Of a stretch of 64,000 bases of DNA, positions 26,265 through 39,266 are shown one piece after another. The position numbers and the translations under genes were made by a program. The notes under the pieces are model-generated. The model was not told where the DNA came from and did not search any database. It worked only from the letters and a program-made list of their open reading frames with translations. Every line of letters begins with the position of its first letter. Position 1 is the stretch's first letter. Source of the DNA: Malacoraja senta (taxonomy: Eukaryota); the NCBI GenBank assembly GCA_038087875.1, contig CM075983.1:34782001-34846000 (forward strand), read 5' to 3'.

Positions 26265-26465
26265 TAAGAAAGAACTACAGCTGCTGGAACAATCGAAGGT
26301 AGACAAAAAATGCTGGAGAATGTCAGCGGGTGAGGCAGTATCTAGGGAGGGAAGGAATAGGCGTCTATTATAGAGAGTATAGAGTATAGTATTGAGAGAT
26401 GCCTATTCCTTCTCTCCATAGATGCTGCCTCACCCTCTGAGTTTCTCCAGCATTTTTTGTCTACC
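26265..26465. mobile_element. Penelope pLTR-derived inverted-repeat fragment
   Basis: Arms 26298-26368 and 26395-26465 are reverse complements; same family as 36715-36835 and 59990-60123. Confidence 0.7.
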
Positions 26466-26469
26466 ACTT

Positions 26470-28045
26470 TCATTTTCCTGGATGGCAGGAGTGAAATGAG
26501 AATGTGGCCATGGTGCTGTGTGTGGCTCTGATGATATTGGCTGCCATTTTGAGGCAGTGACTCTTATAGATCCCTTTGATGGTGGGGAGGTCTGTACTCA
26601 TGATGGACTGGGCAGTGTTCACCACTTTTTGCAATCTTTCACATTCCCGAGCATTCGAATTGCCTAACTAGGTCTTTGTGCAACCAGTCAATATGCTCTC
26701 TACTGTACACCTAGGTCCAAGAGAGTATTTGTTGACATACCGAAGCTCCTCAAACTTCTAAGGAAATAGAGGCATTGATAGGCTTTCTTTATGATTGCAT
26801 CAATGTGCTGGGTCCAGGACAGATCTTCACAGAAATGCACGCCCATGAATTTGAAGATTATGACTCTCTCCACAACCGTCCCATCATTAAAGCCGAATTT
26901 ATGAATTCTCGACTTTCCTCTTCCAAAGTCAACAATCATTTCCTTGTTTTACTGATGTATAGAGCAAGGTTGTTGTTCAGGCACCATTTGGTCAGTTGAT
27001 CTGTCTCCCTCCTATACTCTGACTTATATCATCTTTAATTCGTCCAATGGTGGTGTCATCGGCGAATTTGAAGATGGAGTTGGAACTGTGTTCTGCGGTG
27101 GGGCCTCAGCAGCAATGGGAGCCTCGCGGTAACGTGGGCCTGGGGGTGGGGCAATAGGAGCCTCGGTGGTGGTGGGGCCTCATGGTTGATGAGTGTGAGG
27201 GGGGCGAAGACAATGGGGACCCGGTGTGGGGGGATCGCCATGAAGAACAATGGAGGACCAGATGTGGGGGGACCGCCGTGAAGGATGGTGGGAGAACAAA
27301 GGGGGACCCGGTGTGTGGGAGGCAGGGGGGCACTCTAGTTTAGAATCTTCTGCCCAAGGGGGTGAGCCTGTGTTTTGTTTGTTTGGTTGTTCATCTGTTC
27401 TTGTGAAGGCTTTTGTGCACATGGCAGCCAGCCAACAGTCGCTTATCTTTTTCTTTTTGTTTTTCACTTTTAATTTCAAGTTTTTGTGTGCCTTGTGTGT
27501 TTTGACTATTGGGCAGACCAATTTCCTTCTGGGGATGAATAAAGTTTTATCATAACGTATCGTGTATGGCTACACTGTCATGAGTATAGAGTTAGTAGAG
27601 CAGGGGGCTGAGCACACAACCTTGAGGTGTTCCTGTTCTGATGGTTATCGAGGAGGAAGTGTTCTGCCAATTTGTACGGATTGTGGTCTGTTGATGAGAA
27701 AGTAAAGGATCCAGTTGCAGAGGGATGCAGAGACCCAATTCTGTGAGCTTGGTAACCAGTTTGTATGGGATAATTGTATGTGACATATACCCATTTTTAT
27801 TCTCCAAGTAGTCTAGTGCAGAGGTGGAGAACCAGTGTGATCGCATCCTCCAATAACCTGTTAGGTTGTAGGCAAATTGTAGTGGGTCCAGGTTCTTGTT
27901 GAGGTAGGAATTGATATACATGATAACCAACCTGTCAAAGTATTTCTTCAGCATGGACATTAGTGCTGCCGGTCGGTGGTCATTGAAGCATGTCGCCTTA
28001 CTCTTCTTGGGCACCGGTATTACTGATGCCCTTTTAAAGTAGGTA
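26470..28045 (-). mobile_element. Rex1/Babar LINE fragment, interrupted at ~27094-27565
   Basis: ORFs 27592-28056 (VIPVPKK, LDPLQFAY, TGTPQGCVLSPLLY) and 26700-26939 (KAYQCLYFLR). Confidence 0.85.
27094..27565 (+). mobile_element. G-rich non-coding retroposon fragment with a Rex1-type tail
   Basis: Interrupts the Rex1 fragment; ends CCAATTTCCTTCTGGGGATGAATAAAG plus a short repeat tail. Confidence 0.6.
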
Positions 28046-28050
28046 TATAT

Positions 28051-29083
28051 TAGCAATGTTACAAAATTTTGAGATTTTAAAAATCAAGTCGGCAATTTTA
28101 TCCCATCAGATAAAGCATAAAAAGAAGTTTAATTTGACATCTAATTCACTTTCATATCTTCAGTATTAAAAAAGTTATGGTAATTTTCATACTCGGAAAT
28201 TAGCATCTTGCTTTTCAATTGACTTAACTCAAAAGCTGTGATCAAGGACAGTCAAAAGCCCATAACTTTCTTAAAAATTAAGAGAACTGAATGACATATT
28301 CAGTTATTATAGATTGAAGCATTCTGAAACAAATATGAAACAATCTTACTTGGATGACCTGAAATTAAAGCATATAATTAGTTAGTTACCTAATTGTAGC
28401 TAATTACAAAATTCAATTACTAGATCTAAACATCTGTCAATTTCTTAAGAAATGGTTAACATTTTTAAATAGCCTAAGTGTCCAAATAACATTCACACAA
28501 GAATTCACAATATAACATGATTTTTAAATCTCATTGTCATGAATTTTATAGGCCAAATGGAAGGAATTTAGTGTTTAATTGCTGTAAATTAATGGCCATT
28601 TAAATCATCTTGCGAGTGGGATTTTGTGGAACGCTATTGTTTGGAACGTTGTGGTTGCGGTGAATTTAAACCCCATGTCGGCAGGAAAAATACTGCCGGT
28701 TCGGATGGGTCCCAAGTCACCTTCTCGCAACTTAAAATTTTGATTAAAGGCATCTTAAGAAGCACTTTTTAATGTAAAAATAAACGGCGTACCTTGCCTT
28801 GTCCCTACGTGAGATCCGTCCCGTTGTCGGCGTTCACGGCTTTAGAAGATGACTTTTAATTTACTCTAGCAATTAAATTATCCAACGCAGTTTAAAAATA
28901 ACTCCAGAGAACGAATGTCGGAGTGATTTTTCTTGAGCAACTAAACAGCCTGACGAACATCGATTTAAACAGCCTGGAGAAAACGGCATTTTAAACCCGC
29001 CCCCCTCTCAAAGGCCCAAAGTCGCCCACACGGGCAGTGACAGAACTGCAGCGCCGCTGAAGGTAAGTTTTGCAACATACCTA
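28051..29083. mobile_element. Non-autonomous TIR DNA transposon, possibly Academ-like
   Basis: Imperfect TIRs TAGCAATGTTACAAAATTT versus revcomp TAGGTATGTTGCAAAACTT; TAG termini; apparent 3-bp TSD TAT (within TA runs, so ambiguous); no ORF. Confidence 0.6.
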
Positions 29084-29141
29084 TATATATAGTCTTGGCA
29101 AATTACCGTAAAGGACATTTTATTTCTGTGTTCCTCAGCAG

Positions 29142-29825
29142 GAGGTGTCTGATTATATTTGAACTTCATAAGTATATTCCGAGAAAAATCATCCATTTGT
29201 TTGGTATCACTGTTTTCAATTAAGATCAAATTGATGCCTTTTCTGCACATGCAAACCTTTGACAATATGCTGTTGTTAGAATTCCAGTTATTTCTACTAT
29301 TTGGAAAGTAAAACCAGAAACAGAATAAAGTCAGGGATAGAGACAAGAACAGCAAGATCTGCTTCAGTGGTGTACAGAAAGAGTGGAAGTTAACCCTTTG
29401 AATTATTTTTGAAGTATAATTTAGCTATATTGCAAATTAATCATTAATGCACATCTTGTTTTACTATATAATGAGAGTTCCAAGATGTGTGACCTTATTT
29501 TATTGTTAACAGATTTGTAGAATTTGTCAACTGTGTACATTCCATCAGAACTGATACACCAATATTACTTTCTCAGGAGAAGAACAAAAGTGTTTTCTTT
29601 GAAAGGAATTTAAAATGATGCCAGAAAGCACATCCTTTGTTTGAAATGAAAGAGCTTTGTTTTCACTTTATCTTTTGAGAACTTAATTTGAGGAATGCAG
29701 AACCGTATTAACGTTATCATGGAACGTGTAAATCCTCTCATAGACCAAGAACATTGCCAGTGAAAGTGGGTCAGCTGAAATCAAACCAACATCACTGCAG
29801 TTTTGGGAAAATACACCTCTGAGCT
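29142..29825 (+). pseudogene. Putative decayed exons of the unidentified gene (29142-29392; ~29695-29825)
   Basis: After a pyrimidine tract and CAG: RCLIIFELHKYIPRKIIHLFGITVFN*DQIDAFSAHANL*QYAVVRIPVISTIWKVKPETE*SQG*RQEQQDLLQWCTERV; later MQNRINVIMERVNPLIDQEHCQ*. Confidence 0.35.
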
Positions 29826-30044
29826 GAGCAGAGCAGAGAAAGTTAAAAAAAAAAACACAGATGCTGAACATTGGGAATAAATACAGAAAGTGTGAGAAAT
29901 ATGTTGCAGATTAGGCAGCATCATTGGAGAGAGAACAGTTAATGTTTCAAATCAATGATTTTTATCACAACTTAGGATATAACGAAAACTGATCTTAGAC
30001 TCCTTACCTAAGAAATTCCACAGAAAACATGATTATGACAGTGT

Positions 30045-30690
30045 TTCACCTTTCAATGGTGGGGTGGGGTGGGGTGTGCCTGTGATAGACCAGGCTGTGT
30101 CCATGACTCTCTGCAGTCTCTTGCATTCTTGTGCATTGAAATTGCCATACCAGTTCTCGATGCAACTAGTCAGGATACTTTCTACAGTGCACTAACTGTA
30201 GAAGTTCGTTAGCGTAATCGGTGATATGCCAAAGCTCTTTGAAGTTTTAAGTAAACAGAGATGCTGGCGCGTCTTCTTTGTGATAGCATCTATGTGCTGG
30301 GTTCAGGACTGGTCATCCAAGGGGCTAACGCTTTGGACGTTGAGGCTGCTGATTCTCTCTATTACCAACACATCAATGATAGNNNNNNNNNNNNNNNNNN
30401 NNNNNNNNNNNNNNNNNNNNNNNNNNNNNNNNNNNNNNNNNNNNNNNNNNNNNNNNNNNNNNNNNNNNNNNNNNNNNNNNNNNNNNNNNNNNNNNNNNNN
30501 NNNNNNNNNNGAAGTCAACGATTAGTTTGCTGGTTATTGCTGCTGTATGTGAGGTTGTGACTGCAGCATCACTCAACAAGGTGTTCTACTCTCTCCGGCA
30601 TGTTATTCACCACCCATGACTTGGCAAAGCAGTGGTGTCGTTGGCAAATTTAGAGATAGAACTGGAGCTGTGCTTAGCTATGCAATCAAG
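30045..30690 (-). mobile_element. Degraded Rex1/Babar fragment spanning an assembly gap
   Basis: SSISKFANDTT; similarity to the Rex1 at 6064-6900. Confidence 0.7.
30383..30510. other. Assembly gap (128 N)
   Basis: N run. Confidence 1.
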
Positions 30691-31470
30691 ATTGCAGAGC
30701 AAGAGCTTATTAGGGATATTAGGGATCATTAAGGGTAACGAGCATGGTGTTGTACGAGTGAGATTATGTCCAAGAAACCTGTGGTTTTTGAAGATGTAAC
30801 CACAAAGGCCGATGAGGGCAGAGCCATAGACATTTTTTTCTGAATTTAAGCAAGGCATTTGATAAGGTTCCGCATGATAGGTTGCTCTGGAAGGATAGAT
30901 CACATGGGATCCAGGGAGAGTTAGCGGACTGGATAGAAAATTGGCTTCTTGGAAATTAAACAGAGGATGATGGAGGAAGGTTGCTTTTCACGCAAACTGC
31001 CTATGACCACTGTTCGTGGTTTATATTAATGATGGATTAGAATGTAGAAGGCATGATTAGTACATTTGCAGATTACAATATAGTGGGTAATATTGTAGAT
31101 AGCAAAGATGATTTTCAATAATGACAGGAGGAACTTAATCAGTTGGGCATGTTGGCTGAGGAATGGTTAATGAAGTTTAATGCAGATAAGTGCAAGATGT
31201 GCATTTTGGGAAGTCAGACAGGGTAGGGCCCTCACAGTGAATGGCAGTGATCTGGGGAGTGTAGTAGACCAGGGGGATCTAGGAGTGGATGTATATAGTC
31301 CTCGAAAGTGTCATCACAGGTAGACAGGGTGGTCAGTCAGGATTCTGGGTGTTGAAGTTGGGATGTTATGGTACAATTCTACAAGACATTGGTGAGGTCA
31401 CATTTGGAGTACTGTATACAATTTTGGTCACACTGCTATAGGAATGTTGTTAAGATGGAAAGAGCGCAGA
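30690..31470 (+). mobile_element. Degraded CR1 RT fragment
   Basis: FSKAFDKVPHDRL and LEYCIQFWS-like segments. Confidence 0.8.
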
Positions 31471-32444
31471 TTGAAGAATTTCCAGCTTTTCTTTTACAAT
31501 AGAATAAAGTTAGAGGTGATCAGAAAAAAGTAATGGATTCAGCAAAGTGTGTGTGAAGAAAATAATTTGACTCAGAGAATTCAAAAATGGGGCAAGCAAA
31601 TCAAGATTGTATTCAATGAAGTGGAAGTTCCTTTCTTGGAGAGTAACTATATACGTTTACCTGCTACTGTTGGAAATGGTTGAACAAAATTGTTTGATGC
31701 TTTCAATGGACGTTATGAGAGAAAGTTTAAGATTTGTATCTATATCAGATAGTTTGAAAGGAGTCTCATAGTTTATGAACTGGCTGTAATCAGTTTCGGA
31801 ATGCACTCCTATTGCATTCACCATAGAGTCATAGTCATACAGTGTGAAAACAGGCCCTTTGGCACAACTTGCCCATGCCGACCAGCATGCCCATCTACAC
31901 TAGTCCCACCTGCCTGCGTTTGACCCAATATCCTTCTAAATCTAACATATTCATGTACCTGTCCAAATTATCTTTTAAACATTATGATAGTACCTGCCTT
32001 AACTACCTCCTCCGGCAGCTAGTTTCATACACCCATCAACCTTTGTGTAAAAATAGTTGCCCTTCAGGTTCCTATTAAATCTTTCCCCTCTTGCTTTAAA
32101 CATGTCCTCTGGTTCTTGATTCCCCTACTTTGGGTTTAAAAAAAACCTCTACATCTACTCTATCTAATTCCCTCATGATCCGACATACCTAAAATCCTAG
32201 ACTGTTCAACATCTCCCTATAGCTCAGGCCAATGAGTCCTGACAACATCCTCGTAAATCTTCTCTGTACCCTTTCCAGCTTAACAACATCTTTCTTACAA
32301 CAGGGTGACCAAACATGAACACAATTCAACAAATGTGGCCTCACCAATGTCTTGTACAACTGTAGCATAATATCCCAACTTATTATCCGGGTATTTAATC
32401 AATATCCTGACCAATGAAAGCAATGTGCTGATAGCCTTCTTAAC

Positions 32445-34247
32445 CTCCGATGATGACGCCACTTAGGGGGAGGGAATGGGGGATTGTGGGGGTGGGTTGT
32501 GGGGGCAGGGCTTTGTGGGCAGGGGTGGGAGTTGTGAGCGGGGTTGGTTGTGGGGGGAGGGGGTGGGTGGGGGGTTTGTGGGAGGGGGAGGGGGAGAGGG
32601 GTGCGTGGGCAGGGAGGGTGTGTGGGGGAGGAGGGCTGTGTTGCGCGGGAAGGGGTGTCATGGAGGAGGGGGGCAGGAGCCAGTGAGGAGGACCAGAGGG
32701 GAAGGGGCTGCAGGACTCAAAGGCGGGCGATGTGGACTTACAGCGGGCACTGTCGCTGGACGTTCTCCTCCGCCAGGATCAGAGTCTCCGTTTCCCCTTT
32801 GGCGACCTCAGTGACATCTCCGACTCCACGCCGGGCCGGGTTGGGGCGCTTCCGGTCCCTCCAAAAATTATGTCTGGTTGGAAACCTCCGCCGGCCATCC
32901 AGAGCCTCCATTGAGCTCCAGTAAAGATGCAATGGAAACCTCCGCCGGCCATCCAGATCCTCCATCAGCTCCAGTAAATATGCGATGGCGCAGGAAGGGT
33001 TGGACATCCCGCAAAGTGATGGAAGAAAAGACCAATCCACGCATCTCCGACTGGCAGGAGAGTAGATCGATCTGCGCACGCGAGATTTTTAACCTTGCTA
33101 ACTTTTACATTAGACCACCGATCGAAACAAACCTTGGTACAATCGCAGCAGAGGAGAACGGTGAGTAAGCTGATGAAAAATCGTAGTGCTATCGCATATC
33201 ATTTTTGCACAAATAGAATGACTGCGCAAACCGGAAGATAACAAGATCAGAGTTTAGTTATAGAAACATAGAAGCATAGAAAATAGGTGCAGGATAAGGC
33301 CATTCAGCCCTTCGAGCCAGCACCGCCATTCATTGTGATCAGGGCTGATTGTCCCTATCAATAACCCATGCCTGCCTTCTCCCCATATCCTTGACTCCAC
33401 TAGCCCCTAGAGCTCTATCTAACTCTCTCTTAAATCCATCCACTGCCCTCTGTGGCAAAGAATTCCATAAATTCACAACTCTCTGGGTGAAAACGTTTTT
33501 TCTCCACCTCAGTCTTAAATGGCCTCCCTTTATTCTAAGACTGTGGCCCTAGTTCTGGACTCGCCCAACATTGGGAACATTTTTCCTGCATCTAGCTTGT
33601 CCAGTCCTTTTATAATTTTTATATGTTTCTATAAGAGTCCCCTCATCCTTCTAAACTCCAGTGAATACAAGCCTAGTCTTTTCAATCTTTCCTCATATGA
33701 CAGTCCCGCCATCCCAGGGATCAATCTCGTGAACCTACGCTGCACTGCCTCAATCACAAGTCCTTCCTCAAATTAGAAGACCAAAACTGTACACAATACT
33801 CCAGATGTGTGGCACCAGAGCCCTATACAACTGCAGAAGAACCTCTTTACTCCTATACTGAAATCCTCTTGTTATGAAGGCCAACATTCCATTAGCTTTC
33901 TTCACTGCCTGCTGTACCTGTAAGCCAACTTTCAGTGACCGGTGTACAAGGACGCCCAGGTCTCGCTGCACCTCCCCCTTACCTAACCTAACCCCATTGA
34001 GATAATAATCTGCCCCCTTGTTTTTGCCACCAAAGTGGATAACCTCACATTTATCTATATTATACTGCATCTGCCATGCATCTGCCATGCATCTGCCCAC
34101 TCACTCAACCTGTCCAGGTCACCCTGCAACCTCCTAGCATCCTCTTCACAGCTCACACTGCCACCCAGCTTTGTGTCATCCGCAAACTTGCTAGTGTTGC
34201 TCCTAATTCCCTCTTCCAAATCATTAATATATATGGTAATGTATAGA
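32445..34247 (-). mobile_element. Non-autonomous Helitron (copy 5), 3' end missing, 5' tip split by a younger CR1
   Basis: 33080-33260 is homologous to the 5' module of copy 1 (1397-1580). Removing 33261-34239 restores TTTAGTTA-TGTATAGA|T. Confidence 0.7.
33261..34239 (-). mobile_element. CR1 3' fragment (different subfamily)
   Basis: ORF 33768-34100 WQMQYNIDKCEVIHFG...QRDLGVLV; (CATAGAAA)-type tail. Confidence 0.9.
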
Positions 34248-34490
34248 TGTACCTGTACTTCCTAGATCCCTCTGGTTTACAACACTCCCAATGCCCTTCA
34301 ATGCACTGTGAAGTCCTGCCCTGGTTTGACTTCCCTAAATGCAATACCTCGCACTTATCGGTATTAATCTCAAATAACATTTAAAAAATTGAATCTTGTC
34401 ACAGCAGTAGAAACAGTAGAAACTTGTTTATAAATACTATAAGATAAATCTATTATCATAAAATTCACATTACCGTGTGTATCGTCATAG

Positions 34491-34850
34491 GATGCAGCTC
34501 ACCAAATTATTGAAAGAGATGTAGAGTGGTTTTATCATTCTCCCACTCTTGCCCCTGAGCCTCGTTATGTTCTGCTTTCTTACCAAAGATCTGTTTTGGA
34601 AACTGTCCATGCATTTGTGGAATTTGTATACGCTTATGAAAATAATGGTTATGTGGGAATGTTTGCTCCATCATTATAAATAGTGTGTTCTTGTGTATAT
34701 TGTGATTAATATTCTCACCAGTATTATTTGGATAGCGTGAGAGAATACATGCCAACAATAACAGTTGATGACAATGTAGCCACCAATGGTTGCTTTCAAG
34801 CATTTCATAAATTACTGCATCAAAGGCAGAGGTCCAAGTCCAAAACATGA
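34491..34850 (+). pseudogene. Putative exons 34491-34652 and 34722-~34850 of the unidentified gene, with a candidate 69-nt intron
   Basis: TCATAG| DAAHQIIERDVEWFYHSPTLAPEPRYVLLSYQRSVLETVHAFVEFVYAYENNGY |GTGGGA...TTCTCACCAG| YYLDSVREYMPTITVDDNVATNGCFQAFHKLLHQRQ. Both in-frame stops fall inside the putative intron. Confidence 0.5.
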
Positions 34851-35508
34851 TAATTGAGAATCATTAAAAAAAATACTTTAGCATATGTCACCATGTTTTA
34901 AGCTGTGGTTACTGAGAGTGTTAGATTGCGGCAGGTTGTCAGGATCTGGTAGGAAACAAGATAGTTGCTGGGTTTGAATGAATTAAACAGAAAAAGTGTT
35001 GATTATTTACAAGTACTCAAATGCAATTTTCATTTGAGATAATATTGCATGCTTGAATCCATTGTCATTGTAATGGAAAAGCAATGAGATAAACATTTCA
35101 CATTTGGATGGTTGTAAAACATTTTTCCTTAAAATCCGGTTATAGGAGAAGCTGATCGGATAGAATTCCCCATTCGGCCGGCATTGTGATAGGGCCAGAT
35201 TATAGGGAACATTTTGCTTTAGAGAATACCAGTTATCTAGTTTTGCACAGTCAGTATGGAATACTCATCAACCAAATGAATTGTCCTCAAGAACTGCACT
35301 GCAAGCTGAAAATTTAAAGAGTAACCCACACAAGAGATTTTATTCCTGTAATTGCAATTTGGAAGCAAAAACTGACTTCATAGCAACTGGAAATGTGTAA
35401 CAATGTTAATCATTCCCAACCCATGTGGAAATGTTTCTCAAGGCCAATAAAGTTATACGAGAACATAGAGAGAGAGAGGTTCATTAAATACATAGACAGC
35501 AGAGGAAT

Positions 35509-35708
35509 NNNNNNNNNNNNNNNNNNNNNNNNNNNNNNNNNNNNNNNNNNNNNNNNNNNNNNNNNNNNNNNNNNNNNNNNNNNNNNNNNNNNNNNNNNNN
35601 NNNNNNNNNNNNNNNNNNNNNNNNNNNNNNNNNNNNNNNNNNNNNNNNNNNNNNNNNNNNNNNNNNNNNNNNNNNNNNNNNNNNNNNNNNNNNNNNNNNN
35701 NNNNNNNN
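35509..35708. other. Assembly gap (200 N)
   Basis: N run. Confidence 1.
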
Positions 35709-36145
35709 AGACAACAAAATAGTGACTCAGAAACCAAGAGGGCATTTTGTGATTTGAAAAACATTGTTGGTGCCTGAACCAGAATTTAAGTATAACAATT
35801 TTCAGCACCACAAAGTCATTTGAAGGTTGTGAATAATGGCTTTTAGCAAGAGGAAAATATCATCATTGGGAATTCATCATCATTTTTATCCATGCACTGA
35901 ATGATATAAATCTGATATAAATGCTGTTTAAAACCATCCAACATTTCAATAATTTTTATTCTTGTGTATATCTATTTCCATTTTCAGTACATTTTTTTCC
36001 ACACGCCACACACAGTAACATAATTGCTGATTTTTGAGATGTGAAACATTCCTTTAAATTTGGCTTGTAAAACCAAATAGTAATTTGCAATAGTAATCCA
36101 AATGCTATACATTCCCTTTCAAGTTTCACAAAACGTGGACAATTA

Positions 36146-36262
36146 CTGAAGATGGGTCTCGACCTGAAACATCACCTATCTATGTTCTTCAAGGATGCTG
36201 CCTGACCTGTTGAATTACTCCAGCACTTTGTGTCTTATTTTGTAAACCAGTATAAGTTCCTT
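36146..36262 (+). mobile_element. Penelope pLTR fragment with a hammerhead-ribozyme-like core
   Basis: CTGAAGA-TGGGTC-TC-GACCT-GAAAC-ATC at 36146-36173. Confidence 0.7.
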
Positions 36263-36346
36263 ATTTCTGTGTTGAGAATTACTGCATGTAATTTTTGCCA
36301 TACGAGTTATTGGATTCTGGTTGGTTGAAAAAACATCTATATATAG

Positions 36347-36690
36347 GTTACTACCATTTCCCAGTTCTTGGTAACAGCTTTGCAAGAACTCAAGCTCATA
36401 AGAATGAAGACAATTTTCTGCCACTACCAGCGTATCACCCAATGGTGCAGTGGAAGAAACAAAGAGAATTGAGAATCTCAGTGTCATTCACAATACTCCC
36501 TCTCCATTTTTGAGTACTGTTTGGCCAAGGATTCCACGTTGGTGGGGAGTATACATTATTTCAAGGAGGGTTTGAGAACACCATTGAATATTGTGTTCAT
36601 TTATCATGATAGAGCTCAGAATACAAAATCTGTTTTGAGAATTGGTGTCGGTGAAGACCACTTTTGGCACATTGACCTGCATCAGTCCAG
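36347..36690 (+). pseudogene. Putative exon of the unidentified gene (114 codons, one TGA)
   Basis: TATAG| VTTISQFLVTALQELKLIRMKTIFCHYQRITQWCSGRNKEN*ESQCHSQYSLSIFEYCLAKDSTLVGSIHYFKEGLRTPLNIVFIYHDRAQNTKSVLRIGVGEDHFWHIDLHQS |GTAAGT (perfect donor at 36691). TGA at 36470. Confidence 0.55.
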
Positions 36691-36714
36691 GTAAGTGAGA
36701 ATGGAATAACAAGG

Positions 36715-37425
36715 AAGAACAGATGCTGATTTATACCAAAGACAGACACAAAATCCTGGGGTAATTCAGCGGGTCAGACAGCATCTCTGGAGAAAATGGA
36801 TCGGTGATGTTTTGGGTCGAGACCCTTCTTCAGATTGATTGCAGGGGGAGCAGGAATAAAAGCTGGGAGAGATGAAGGGCCTGGACAAATCACTGCCAGC
36901 ATCAAATGACCTCAAGCTAGGGGGTTCACCTGATAAGTAGATTGTTGGATAGAAGCAGGTGTCAGCCGAGAAGAAATACATAGTTGTAAACTGCTAAGTT
37001 TGTTGAAGGATTTTTGGTGGATGTTGTGGGGGGGAAGAAAACCAGTGTAAGATCAGCCAGGGTTCAAGGGAAGGGGTGGGGAGGGGGAAGGGGGTGGGGG
37101 TGGGGGGAGGGGGGGTGTTGTGAGGGAGAAAGGAGAGAGGGTAGAGTGTTTGCATAACTTACTAAAATTGGAAGAATTCATTGGTTTCATGCCATGAGGT
37201 TGCAAGCACACCAAAAATATGAGTGTGTTTCTCCAGTTTGTAATGTGGTCTCACTCTGGCAATGGAGAAGGTCCAAGACAGAAAGGTCAGTGGGGAATAG
37301 GAGTTAAAATGGTAGCAACCTGGAGTTCCAATAGGCCTTGATGGACCGAACGCAAATCTATGTCTATGCTTGATCTCACCAAATTGGAGATCACATCATG
37401 AGTGCCGGATGTAGTGGATGAAATT
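36715..37425 (-). mobile_element. Penelope-like element 3' fragment (decayed GIY-YIG endonuclease and pLTR)
   Basis: Minus-strand remnants such as TDLSVLDLLHCQSE resemble the Penelope GIY-YIG C-terminus; pLTR with CTGAAGAAGGGTCTCGACCC at 36809-36833. Confidence 0.75.
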
Positions 37426-38099
37426 ACTGCTCGAGTTTTACACACCAGTCAGAGCCTAATCTGCCTTGTGGGATGCCTTTTTGCATGGAGAGGTCAGTTA
37501 ATTCAGCTCACAGCAGCTGGGGAAAGTGAGCAAGAACTGGTGGACATTGTGGGTGTGAGTCTCAGCAGTGGTCCTGCTCCAGTCTGTCTCCAACATTTCC
37601 AGATCAACCAACCAAACTGACTCACAATATTCAGGAACAAGCAATTGCCTAATAAATTCATAATCAGCAATTGAAGCTGATTATGAATTTCTTGACTTCA
37701 AGGAATTTTGGATGGTTAAATTCCATCGACCAGTGGTGATTTTCCTCAGCTTTAAAATAACTCTGCAATAAGACAAGGAATTATTATTCCCTGCAACTTT
37801 ATGGATATTATTCTGCCCGACGAAACAGAAGAACATATTTTGTCAGCATTATTGTTTTCAGGTTGACTGTCAATCTCTTTGATATCTCAAGTTGCTTTTT
37901 TAACCTTCAAAAGTGCGTATTAGGAACATAAATCGCACATATGTATGCCATTAAATTGAAAACACTACATATGCTACTGACAAGGGATGAATTTTAGAAG
38001 CTAAAATTGCTTCCCATCCTGAATATTGAATAGTAAGATAAATATTTGTGCTTCAGAAAATTCATACTTTTGCTCACTACCAGTGTACGCAACAGGTCA

Positions 38100-38850
38100 T
38101 AGATTAATGAGTGTGCAAAGCACAGAAAAGGGAACTTCATCCCACCATGTCCATGCTGACCTTTTTGCAATTCTACACTAATTCCAGTTGCCTATATTAG
38201 ATTCACATATACTTCTCTGCCTTTAAATATTTGTCTAAGTATCTCTTAAGCATAAGGATTGCATCTGATTTCCACCAGCTTCTCCATCAGCATGTTCCAG
38301 ATATCAACCGTTCTGTATAATAAAATCTTTCCCCTCAAATTTCCTACTCTTTCCACTCATTTTAATTCCATGGGCTCTTGTTTCTCATAGCCCTACCGTG
38401 ACAAATAGATTATCTACCCTATCCATGCGGAAGGATCTAATCCAGGCAACTGGGATTAGCGTAGTATATTTATATACTATTTTATGTACCTCTACCAGTC
38501 TCTTTTTTCTCGAGGAAATCAAATCCACCAACTCCAATCTCTCCCTATAACCAAAGTCATCTAAGCCAGGCACAACCTGGAAAATCTCTGTGCTCTCTCC
38601 AGCACAACCCCATGCTTCCTACAATGTGGCATACAATACTTCAAATGCATTCTAATCAGAGCTTTATAAATTTGCAATATAATTGTCCTAACTTTCATCA
38701 GATTAAATCTAATCTGCCAATAATCTGCCCAACTTTTCATGCAATCCATACCCTACTGTAGTCTTAGAAACATTCCTCATTAGCCACAACACCACCAATC
38801 ATTATGTCATCTACAAGCTTACTAATCATTCCTCCACATTCCTCCAAAAG
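38100..38850 (-). mobile_element. Old degraded CR1 3' fragment
   Basis: ILQIYKALIRMHLKYC, LERAQR, GYRERL remnants. Confidence 0.75.
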
Positions 38851-39266
38851 CTTAGAACATAAAACAGTACAGCACAGTAACAGACCCATTGGCCTATAAT
38901 GTCTCTGCCGAAAATGATGACAAGACCATCAATTATCTGCCTGCATATAATTCGGATGTTAGACACAAATTGCTGGAGTAACTATTTATACCTCACGCTG
39001 CCTCGGCAAGACCAGCAGCATAATCAAGGACGAGTCGCACCCTCGCCACTCCCTCTTCTCCCCTCACCTATCGGGCAAATGGTATTGAAGTGTGAAAACG
39101 CACACTTCCAGATTCAGGGACAGTTTCTTCCAGCTTTTATCAGGATCTATATAATCCTACTGTAGAGTGGCTATTTCATACTAGCCAATTATAATGTTTG
39201 TTAGTAGTGACTCTGCCTACAATGTACTTTATATTATCAAGAGCCTGATTACGCTAGTTAGAATGA

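Larger units (their letters stand above)
31826..34376 (-). mobile_element. Old CR1 3' fragment (31826-32444 and 34248-34376) interrupted by Helitron copy 5
   Basis: CR1 tail and 3'UTR at 31826; resumes as TGTACCTGTACTTCCTAGATCCC after the Helitron 5' end. Confidence 0.75.

Noticed and set aside
30226-35811. ORFs containing X runs
   Set aside because: They span N gaps.
36470-36472. In-frame TGA as selenocysteine
   Set aside because: No redox-motif context or visible SECIS, and neighbouring putative exons carry TAA/TAG stops and frameshifts, so decay is simpler.
36600-36690. Assignment of the fossil gene to GREB1 or another known giant protein
   Set aside because: Only a 3-4 residue resemblance (GVG..HF); the other segments do not match from memory, so no gene symbol is given.
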